Positions 28,192-36,007 of a DNA stretch of 45,121 nucleotides are shown in pieces. The position numbers and the translations under genes were made by a program. A model generated the notes under the pieces. That model made no database searches. It worked only from the letters and a program-made list of their open reading frames with translations, and had not been told where the DNA came from. The stretch lies in the NCBI GenBank assembly GCA_964474855.1, contig CAYYUB010000001.1, forward strand, positions 1-45,121. Reading direction: 5' to 3'. This DNA comes from an uncultured bacterium. Lineage in GTDB: Bacteria; Hydrothermota; UBA3072. Positions within the stretch are counted from its first letter, which is position 1. Every line of letters starts with the position of its first letter.

Positions 28192-30534
28192 ATGAAACAT
28201 AGGAAGTTATTAATATTAATTTTTCTGCTGGCCTTTTTCCGGGTGGGTGGTGTCCATGCCCAGATTGTTAAACTGGTCAAAGTGGGAAAAACTGAAGCCA
28301 GGATATATGACCATGGCTGTCAAAGCAGTGAAGTTTGGGATTATGGTATGGTTGCGTACTATAGAGGCAGTTACTGTACTGTGGAGGATGAGATTGGTAG
28401 TACGAACTCGTGGCCAGGAGGGTTACTTAAGGATGCCGGATTGCTTTTTGGGGCTCGAAACTGGGAGGATACAACCGGACAAATATGGGATGCTTATATT
28501 ACAGGAAGTTGCGCTCGTTTACGTGACCTTGATATTTATCAATTTGCTGTTCCGGATGAAGGGGGTTTGACAATACACAGGTATATGAGGTATCCTCTTC
28601 CGCAGATAATTGTGGATGGAGATCATTGTGAAGATCCATTTCCTACGTCTGGAGATGAGGTGGCGCCCGAAAAAATATGGGGAACTGCCGATGTAATGGT
28701 CGAGTCCAACGTCAGGATGAGCATGGGTCTGGATGTTAAGCAGAGAGTGTTAGCCTGGAGTCAGCCCGGACATGATGATTACGTTATATGGGATTGGACA
28801 TTTGTAAATACGGGTAATGTAGATAGGGATCCTGAAATCGAGCTCCCGGATCAAACATTAGAGGATGTTTATATTGCCAGAGTTACCGAGGCTATGGTAA
28901 ACGGTATCGGGGACAATAAAGCACTGAGTACCTTTGCAGGAACAACAGAAAACCATGACACGACACTTGCTTATCCTCAAGGTCACGATTCTCTTCGGAT
29001 TGATTATATTACTCCTCTTAGAGCAGGTGGTTTATCGAGAGATAGTTATGGTTTTAACGCCGGAGCTGGTAATTGGAGTGTTCTGACCGGAGCCCGTTTT
29101 GCTGGCTCGGCGGTTTTATTTGCCCCTAAAAGTATTGATGTTCCGCAGAACTATCCCATTTCAGATATTGCCGCAAGTAATGACCCTGCCCAGCCATGTA
29201 TGCATACAAGTATGCTGGCGGAGCCCAGCTGGATTTTATTGCACAATGGAATATTGGCTGATTTTAACACAATGACACCCCAGGACCACGTTGATGCTTA
29301 TGAGGTTATGGTGAAGGGAGTATTTGGTATTGACACAACAATTCCTAATTATGAAGAAGCTTATTATATGGATAGTCTTTATGATGTTTACGATACTACA
29401 GCTTCCGGACACAAGACTCATTACGAACAACCCATAGATAGATGGGGAGAGCTAGATCCGGATAGGGGATATGCCTATGCCTCAGAAATCTCGTGGATCA
29501 GGTTTGACCAGCAAGGTCATTTTTCAATAGGACCTTACCAGATGGAATTCGGGGATACTCTGAGATATGTCTTTGCCTATGTAGGTGGTGCCATAAGCAG
29601 GAAGACTTCATACCTTCTAGGTGAAGCGTGGGATGGTGGGACAGCGGCTTCTTGGCTGCCAGGTATGGATTCGGCTCAAATGGTAGAAGAGTTGAAGAGA
29701 AGAGACCCTATATTCAACGTTTATTATGATATCGGAGGTTTAACTCCTACACCTTCTCTTAATGATATAGCGAAAGACCTGTTGGTGGCTAGAGGCAGAG
29801 ATTCTCTTTTCAACAACGGAATGAACGCGCAGAGAAACTTTAATATGAATTATAATATACCCGTTTCTACTGCACCTCCTTCCGTTTTTGAGGTTAATTC
29901 CAGGCCCGATATGATAAGGCTGGCATGGAGTTATGAGCCTGCTTATGAACCTTCACCTTCGGATATTGCAAAGTTTAAAATCTACAGAGCTTTAGGCGGA
30001 TATGTATATGAGAAGCAAGACGTGATAGTAATAGGCGATTGGCAATTGGTCGACTCTGTTGATGGGACTGCAAGACTATATGAAGATAGGGGTGTTACTC
30101 CGGCTGTTTATTATTATTACGCGATTACAGCCGTTAGCCCCGCGGGAATTGAAAGCGGAATGTATTTGACAATGACCAAATTAGCGGCAAATTTACAAAC
30201 TTATCCGGGTGACAGTCTCGAAATGGTAAGAGTTGTCCCAAATCCTTTGAATGTTAATTCTTCGGCACGTACGAGGTACAGTGAAGGAGAGGGACTAAAA
30301 CTAACCTTTGTTGAGTTGCCTCCCGAATGCACAATTACTGTATTGACAGAATCGGGAAATCTGGTGACAACCATCAATCATACCAACGGAAGCGGAACGG
30401 AAGTATGGGACATTCGTAATCAATTTCTTATTACGGATTCCGATCAGCTTCCGGTGAGCGGTATTTACATCGCACATATACAGGATGATAATACTGGCGA
30501 AAGCGTTTCCCGCAAGTTCGTAATAGTAAGATAA
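28192..30534 (+). CDS. Secreted protein of unknown function (about 780 aa) with an Fn3-like module and a T9SS/FlgD-Ig-type C-terminal domain
   Basis: Track ORF starts at TTG 28186. The ATG at 28192 is better spaced from the AAAGGAGG SD. Type I signal peptide MKHRKLLILIFLLAFFRVGGVHAQ with no lipobox Cys. C-terminus VRVVPNPLN...CTITVLTESGNLVTTI...EVWDIRN...VSGIYIAHIQ...RKFVIVR resembles CTD sorting domains. I recognise no motif in the first ~550 aa. Confidence 0.7.
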   Translation: MKHRKLLILIFLLAFFRVGGVHAQIVKLVKVGKTEARIYDHGCQSSEVWDYGMVAYYRGSYCTVEDEIGSTNSWPGGLLKDAGLLFGARNWEDTTGQIWDAYITGSCARLRDLDIYQFAVPDEGGLTIHRYMRYPLPQIIVDGDHCEDPFPTSGDEVAPEKIWGTADVMVESNVRMSMGLDVKQRVLAWSQPGHDDYVIWDWTFVNTGNVDRDPEIELPDQTLEDVYIARVTEAMVNGIGDNKALSTFAGTTENHDTTLAYPQGHDSLRIDYITPLRAGGLSRDSYGFNAGAGNWSVLTGARFAGSAVLFAPKSIDVPQNYPISDIAASNDPAQPCMHTSMLAEPSWILLHNGILADFNTMTPQDHVDAYEVMVKGVFGIDTTIPNYEEAYYMDSLYDVYDTTASGHKTHYEQPIDRWGELDPDRGYAYASEISWIRFDQQGHFSIGPYQMEFGDTLRYVFAYVGGAISRKTSYLLGEAWDGGTAASWLPGMDSAQMVEELKRRDPIFNVYYDIGGLTPTPSLNDIAKDLLVARGRDSLFNNGMNAQRNFNMNYNIPVSTAPPSVFEVNSRPDMIRLAWSYEPAYEPSPSDIAKFKIYRALGGYVYEKQDVIVIGDWQLVDSVDGTARLYEDRGVTPAVYYYYAITAVSPAGIESGMYLTMTKLAANLQTYPGDSLEMVRVVPNPLNVNSSARTRYSEGEGLKLTFVELPPECTITVLTESGNLVTTINHTNGSGTEVWDIRNQFLITDSDQLPVSGIYIAHIQDDNTGESVSRKFVIVR

Positions 30535-30546
30535 GGGGGAGGAAAG

Positions 30547-31536
30547 ATGAAGAAATTTATTGTTTTTATATCTATATTAGTAGTTAATCTTTCTTTTAGT
30601 GCATACGCAGTGGATAAGGTTGCCCAGACAGGATGCGGATTTTTAGATGTTGCTGCGGGTGCTCGGGCCTGCGGAATGGGAGAAGCATTTACTGTATTAG
30701 GCCAGGATGCCACCGCGCTCTTCTATAATCCTTCAGGTATTGGAAAAATCGATGCCAATATCGATTTATGTGCAGGTGGAACTCAGTGGATCGCCGATAT
30801 TAATTATCTCTATCTGGCTGGTGTCTTTAATGCCGGAGTTTGGGGAAATTTCGGTTTTAGCCTTATAACTCCTGATTATGGAGAATTTTACGGCACGACG
30901 GTGGCTGAAGGTACTGAAGCAGGCTATGAGAATACTGGTCTCTTTCATGTGCACGCATTTTGTGCGGGTGTAGCTTATGCCAGAGAATTCACCGATAAGT
31001 TTACGGTCGGAATTCAGGCCAAATACGTTTCTCAACATCTTGGAGAGAATGAATTTATGGTAATTGAAGATGTTGACACTTCATTTGTAAACAGACAAAA
31101 CGAAATTTCGACTCCGTCTTACGACTTCGGATTGCTTTTTTACCCCGGTTTTAAAAGTTTCGCTTTTGGTATGTCTGTTAGAAATTTCTCTCCCAGGGTA
31201 GCTTATGAACAAGTTGGTTTTGAATTGCCTTTAACTTTTGCTCTTGGTGTAGGCATGGATGTTCTGGATCTTTTTGGTGAGTATCCCGATTATTCTTTTA
31301 ACATTGGAGCGGATATGTTACATCCTCGCGATTGGCAGGAACTTTATCACGTGGGAGCAGAATTCTCGTTTAAGAATATGATTTTCCTCCGAGCCGGATA
31401 TAAATTTAACTATTACGCGGAAGGTTTAAACGCGGGAGTTGGTATTGAGTTAAACGGCGTGAAAATCGACTATTCATACAGCAAGCACGATTTGTATGAC
31501 ATGGTCAATAGAGTCTCCGGCGGATTTTCATTTTAG
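30547..31536 (+). CDS. PorV/PorQ-family (FadL-like) outer-membrane beta-barrel protein
   Basis: Signal peptide, then GFLDVAAGARACGMGEAFTVLGQDATALFYNPSGIG, the N-terminal signature shared by the PorV/PorQ/UPF0164 barrels. Alternating beta-strand pattern and aromatic C-terminus (VSGGFSF). GGGGGAGG SD. Confidence 0.65.
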   Translation: MKKFIVFISILVVNLSFSAYAVDKVAQTGCGFLDVAAGARACGMGEAFTVLGQDATALFYNPSGIGKIDANIDLCAGGTQWIADINYLYLAGVFNAGVWGNFGFSLITPDYGEFYGTTVAEGTEAGYENTGLFHVHAFCAGVAYAREFTDKFTVGIQAKYVSQHLGENEFMVIEDVDTSFVNRQNEISTPSYDFGLLFYPGFKSFAFGMSVRNFSPRVAYEQVGFELPLTFALGVGMDVLDLFGEYPDYSFNIGADMLHPRDWQELYHVGAEFSFKNMIFLRAGYKFNYYAEGLNAGVGIELNGVKIDYSYSKHDLYDMVNRVSGGFSF

Positions 31537-31635
31537 AAGAAACCGGACTCTGTGGGTTGAAGAAATATTAGTTGGTAAAGGGAACAAACTTCCCTAGTAC
31601 TGGATAAATTTGTGTTTAAGTTAAAGGAGTGATAT

Positions 31636-33036
31636 ATGATTTCTGAATCGCAGAATATATCTCTAAAAGAGAAGATTGGCTATGCTCTGGGTGATACTGC
31701 CTCGAACCTGTTTTTTCAGACATTTATTCTGTTTATAACTATCTTTTATACGGATGTTTTTGGTATCTCAGCCAAAGCAGTGGGAACTATGTTTTTAATT
31801 ACCAAGATATGGGATGCCGTCAATGATCCGATGATGGGTATGCTTGCCGATCGTACGCAAACACGCTGGGGTAAATTTCGACCCTACATACTCTGGTTTG
31901 CCATACCGTTCGGTTTAATTGGAGTATTAACTTTTACTACACCCAATCTTAGTACGGGTGGTAAGCTCATTTACGCCTACGTTACGTATACGTTGTTGAT
32001 GATGCTTTATACAATTGTAAATGTCCCTTATTCGGCGTTAATGGGTGTTATCACTTCCAATGCTAGAGTTCGAACCATAGTCTCGCAGTTTCGTTTTGTA
32101 GCTGCTTTTTTTGGAGGACTTATCGTTCAATACTCGGCCCTGCGTATGGTTCAAAGATTTGGAGCGGGAAACGATGCTTTAGGCTGGCAGAGGGCAATGA
32201 TTGTTCTTTCCTCTTTGGCTGTTGTGCTTTTATTTGTTACTTTTGCATCGACGAAAGAAAGGGTCAAGCCTCCGAAGGGACAGAAAACCCGTTTGAAGGA
32301 CGATTTGCGTGATTTATCTAAAAATAAACCGTGGTTAATGATTGGTGGTGCGACCGTATTCCAGCTTATGTTTATTCTTATTCGAACCGGCTGTATTATG
32401 TTCTATTTTACTTATTTTGTGCAGGATCAGCAGGTAATGCTTTTAGGTAAGGCCTATAGTTTTTCTTATCAGGGTATGGTGTCTGTCTTCTTTATGGCAG
32501 GTTCGGTTGTCACAATTCTGGGATCCATTCTTGCTGGCTGGTTTAGCAAGGTTTTGGGTAAGCGGAATACTTATGCCGGTTTTTTAGGTGCCAGCGGTAT
32601 ATTCGCAGCACTTTTCTTTTTCTTAGGCCCGAATGATATTATTCTAATGTTTGCTTTTCAGCTCCTTGTATCTTTTGCATTGGGTCCTGTGTCGGTGCTG
32701 CAATGGGCTATGTACACGGATACAGCCGATTATTCGGAACTGGAGACCGGAAGGCGTGCAACAGGGCTTGTGATGTCTGCTTCGCTATTTGCGCTTAAGC
32801 TTGGTGTAGCTCTTGGTGCCTCTATTTTAGCCTGGATCCTGTCCGGGTATGGTTATGTGCCCAATGTGCAGCAGACAGCAACATCACTTTTGGGTATAAG
32901 AATGGCAATTAGTATTTACGCGGCTATTCCTGCCCTTATTGGTGCAGGAATTATGTTCTTCTATCCTTTGACTAATGAAAGGATGGTTGAAATTGAAAAG
33001 GAATTAAACGCCAGACGTAGCTCTGAAACAGCTTAA
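31636..33036 (+). CDS. Glycoside-pentoside-hexuronide (GPH):cation symporter, xyloside/oligosaccharide transporter candidate
   Basis: About 12 hydrophobic segments. GPH loop motif WDAVNDPMMGMLADRTQTRWGKFRPY. AAGGAG SD. Confidence 0.85.
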   Translation: MISESQNISLKEKIGYALGDTASNLFFQTFILFITIFYTDVFGISAKAVGTMFLITKIWDAVNDPMMGMLADRTQTRWGKFRPYILWFAIPFGLIGVLTFTTPNLSTGGKLIYAYVTYTLLMMLYTIVNVPYSALMGVITSNARVRTIVSQFRFVAAFFGGLIVQYSALRMVQRFGAGNDALGWQRAMIVLSSLAVVLLFVTFASTKERVKPPKGQKTRLKDDLRDLSKNKPWLMIGGATVFQLMFILIRTGCIMFYFTYFVQDQQVMLLGKAYSFSYQGMVSVFFMAGSVVTILGSILAGWFSKVLGKRNTYAGFLGASGIFAALFFFLGPNDIILMFAFQLLVSFALGPVSVLQWAMYTDTADYSELETGRRATGLVMSASLFALKLGVALGASILAWILSGYGYVPNVQQTATSLLGIRMAISIYAAIPALIGAGIMFFYPLTNERMVEIEKELNARRSSETA

Positions 33037-33208
33037 AGCTAGGTTAATAAATAGGTTTTTTGAATAAATAGAATTGATTGATTAAAAGGCTTAAAGATTA
33101 TGGAAATAGAGATAGAATTCTCTTGCATTAAGCTGGCTGTTTAAATTGTGCTGTTTGTTCTTAAGAATTGAACAGCAATAAAAACCCCGATTTTAAAAGG
33201 AGTTATAT

Positions 33209-34633
33209 ATGAATTCTGAAACACAGAGTTTGTCTATAAGAGAAAAGATCGGTTACAGTCTTGGTGATTCTGCTGCTAACTTCTATTTTCAGATATACAT
33301 CGTTTTTCTGTTCTATTTCTATACCGATGTGTTTGGTATTTCTGCCTCAGTCGTTGGAACAATGTTTTTGGTCTCTAGAATATGGGATGCGGTAAATGAC
33401 CCAATGATGGGTGCCCTAGCTGATCGAACTAAGAGCCGCTGGGGAAAATTTCGTCCGTGGATATTGTTTACGTCTTTCCCTCTGGCTGTCTTTGGAGTGT
33501 TAGCTTTTACTACTCCGGATCTTAGTACCGCCGCTAAAATAGTATATGCTTATGTAACGTACAATTTTCTTATGATATTTTATACTGCCAATAACGTTCC
33601 ATATTCGGCATTGATGGGTGTTATGACAGGTGATACGGATGAGCGGACTGGTCTTGCTTCCTGGCGATTTACCTTTGCGATGGGGGCGGCACTAGTGATT
33701 CAGGGTTTGATGTTGCCTCTTGTCGGTAAATTCGGAGGCGGTGATGAGGCTAAAGGCTTTATGTTCGCTATGTTATTCTTTTCTTCTCTGGCTTTGGTAT
33801 TCTTGTTAACTACATTTTTCACCACGAGAGAAAGAATAAAACCTGACCCGAGTCAAAAGACTTCAATAAAACAGGATTTATCTGACCTCTTTAAAAACCG
33901 CCCATGGCTTACCATGTTCATCGCTACAATTTTCGTATTTATCTATTGGTCTATCAAAGGAAGCGTAGGACTTTATTACACTAAATATTTTGTTAATCTT
34001 GAGAGTCTACAGAACTTCCTGCAGATTTTTGGTCTGGCTCGAAGCCCGGATGCAGATGTTGTTAAAGCAGGATTTACATTTTATAGTGTTGCCGGAAACC
34101 TTGCAATGATAATTGGAATACTCTTTGCCAAACCTTTTGCTGTTAGATTTGGAAAAAAGAATGTTTTCAGGTCGTGTTTATTCCTGGCGGCGTGTTTCAC
34201 AGTTGTGTTCGTATTTTTAGCGCCAACAGCAGTTTTGTGGCAGTTTATCTTTAACATTCTTATTCAACTATCCTATGGGGTTACGGTTCCCCTGCTCTGG
34301 GCTATGATTGCTGATGTTGCTGATTTTACCGAATGGAAGACTCACCGACGAGCTACAGCTATGACCTTTGCCGGAATTTTGTTCGCTCTTAAACTGGGGC
34401 TTAGTCTTGGCGGTTTCGTTACCGGAAAGCTTCTTACTTTTTATAAATATGTTCCCAATGTCGCACAAAATGCTTTTACACTCCGTGGTATTCGTTATAT
34501 GATGAGTATTATTCCTGCTGTTGCGTTTTTCCTCGCTGTGGGTGCGGTTTTTTTCTATATAATAGATAAGAATATGGAACATAAAATCCAGGAAGAGCTA
34601 ACCGAACGTCGCAAGCAGTACAAATTTGATTAA
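33209..34633 (+). CDS. GPH:cation symporter, tandem paralogue of the preceding gene
   Basis: WDAVNDPMMGALADRTKSRWGKFRPW. The N-terminal half is clearly alignable to the upstream paralogue. AAGGAG SD. Confidence 0.85.
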   Translation: MNSETQSLSIREKIGYSLGDSAANFYFQIYIVFLFYFYTDVFGISASVVGTMFLVSRIWDAVNDPMMGALADRTKSRWGKFRPWILFTSFPLAVFGVLAFTTPDLSTAAKIVYAYVTYNFLMIFYTANNVPYSALMGVMTGDTDERTGLASWRFTFAMGAALVIQGLMLPLVGKFGGGDEAKGFMFAMLFFSSLALVFLLTTFFTTRERIKPDPSQKTSIKQDLSDLFKNRPWLTMFIATIFVFIYWSIKGSVGLYYTKYFVNLESLQNFLQIFGLARSPDADVVKAGFTFYSVAGNLAMIIGILFAKPFAVRFGKKNVFRSCLFLAACFTVVFVFLAPTAVLWQFIFNILIQLSYGVTVPLLWAMIADVADFTEWKTHRRATAMTFAGILFALKLGLSLGGFVTGKLLTFYKYVPNVAQNAFTLRGIRYMMSIIPAVAFFLAVGAVFFYIIDKNMEHKIQEELTERRKQYKFD

Positions 34634-34686
34634 TTTGGTAAAGTAGAGTGTTAGTATAATAAGGAAAAAAGAAAGGAAAAAAAAGA

Positions 34687-34760
34687 TTAACCACAGAGAA
34701 CACAGAGAATTTAATTGTGGTAAAAAAAGAAAAAACACCGAGAGCACAGAGGAAAAAAGG
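34687..34760 (+). repeat. CACAGAG-core intergenic repeat, copy 1
   Basis: TTAACCACAGAGAACACAGAGAATTTAATTGTGGTAAAAAAAG...CACCGAGAGCACAGAGG aligns position by position with 38791-38860. Confidence 0.7.
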
Positions 34761-34766
34761 AAGATT

Positions 34767-35930
34767 GTGAGAGGGTTAAGGTTAGCAGGTGTCTTATCTT
34801 TAAGCGTTATTTTGACCGGTATGATTAATTGCGTTACGTGCCGCAGTGTTCAAAAGCAAGAAATAAGTATTCAAGAGCCCAAATTAAAAGACGTATATAA
34901 AGATGCTTTTTATATCGGAACGGGGCTGGATAGTACCCAGATATATGGCGGCGACCAAAGAGCGCTTGCAATTATGAAGGAACAGTTCAACGCGGTTACG
35001 GCTGAGAACATTATGAAGTGGGAAAAGTTGCAGCCTGAGTTGGGTAAGTATTATTTTACAGTAGCTGATAGTTTCGTTAGTCTGGGTGAAAGGAATCAAA
35101 TGTACATTGTCGGACACGTTCTGCTCTGGCACTATCAAACGCCCGAGTGGGTTTTTCAGGATACGTCCGGAAATTTGGTAGATAGGGAAACACTTCTGAT
35201 GCGTATCCGTGATCATATTCATAATGTGGTAGGTCATTATAAAGGAAGGGTAGGTTCGTGGGATGTCGTAAATGAAGCGATCGACGATAACGGAGAGTGG
35301 AGAGAGAACCTCTACTACCAGATTATCGGGAAAGATTATGTTCAGAAAGCATTCGAATATGCCCGTGAAGCAGACCCTGATGCAAAGTTAATTTATAATG
35401 ATTATTCGTTGACTAATAGGGTGAAAAGGGATGCGGTGATTAAAATGGTCAGGGAATTACAGAGAAAGGGTGTAAAGGTAGACGAGATTGGAATGCAGGG
35501 ACATTATCATCTGGATTATCCTTTGCTTGATTCTCTTGAAGAAAGTATTGTAGAATTTTCGGAACTTGAAGTAAAAATAGCGATTACAGAGTACGAAATA
35601 AATGTTCTTCCCCGGCCGGATGATGAACAGCTTGGTGCGGATATTTCCCTGAATTATGAAATGCAAAAGAAGTACGATCCGTTTCCTGATTTCTTTCCTG
35701 ATTCAATGCAGCAAAAATTGGCTGACAGGTACGTTGATTTTTTTAAAATTTTTATAAAACATAAGGATAAAATTAGTAGAGTAACCATATGGGGTGTTCA
35801 CGATGGACAATCTTGGACTAATTTTTGGCCGATTAGAGGAAGGACTAACTATCCTTTGCTTTTTGATCGGCAGTACGAGCCAAAGGCAGCATTTGATGCG
35901 TTGATCGAAATTGGCAAAAAGAACAAATAA
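34767..35930 (+). CDS. Glycoside hydrolase family 10 endo-1,4-beta-xylanase, exported (signal peptide, possible lipoprotein)
   Basis: GTG start after AAGGAAG. AENIMKWEKLQPELGKYYF, GHVLLWHYQTPEW, WDVVNEAID (acid/base), KIAITEYEINV (nucleophile region). N-terminus LSLSVILTGMINC. Confidence 0.85.
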   Translation: MRGLRLAGVLSLSVILTGMINCVTCRSVQKQEISIQEPKLKDVYKDAFYIGTGLDSTQIYGGDQRALAIMKEQFNAVTAENIMKWEKLQPELGKYYFTVADSFVSLGERNQMYIVGHVLLWHYQTPEWVFQDTSGNLVDRETLLMRIRDHIHNVVGHYKGRVGSWDVVNEAIDDNGEWRENLYYQIIGKDYVQKAFEYAREADPDAKLIYNDYSLTNRVKRDAVIKMVRELQRKGVKVDEIGMQGHYHLDYPLLDSLEESIVEFSELEVKIAITEYEINVLPRPDDEQLGADISLNYEMQKKYDPFPDFFPDSMQQKLADRYVDFFKIFIKHKDKISRVTIWGVHDGQSWTNFWPIRGRTNYPLLFDRQYEPKAAFDALIEIGKKNK

Positions 35931-36007
35931 AAGTTATTGAGAGAACGTTTCGCAGTAGTGGATTTATTAAGAGGCGTTTTTATTCTCAATTGCAAGGAGG
36001 TTAGATT

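Noticed and set aside
24758-30534. Classic SusC/SusD pair
   Set aside because: The downstream protein has no lipoprotein Cys and none of the TPR-like helical character or size (~500-600 aa) of SusD. It carries beta-rich Fn3 and CTD modules instead. The receptor's plug region (VTVQAEREVIKMD) also does not look like the SusC-type N-terminus as I remember it.
31579-31595. AGGGAA-CAAAC-TTCCCT hairpin between the PorV-like gene and GPH-1 as a terminator
   Set aside because: The stem is only 6 bp and no T-tract follows. At most it is a weak pause or processing element.
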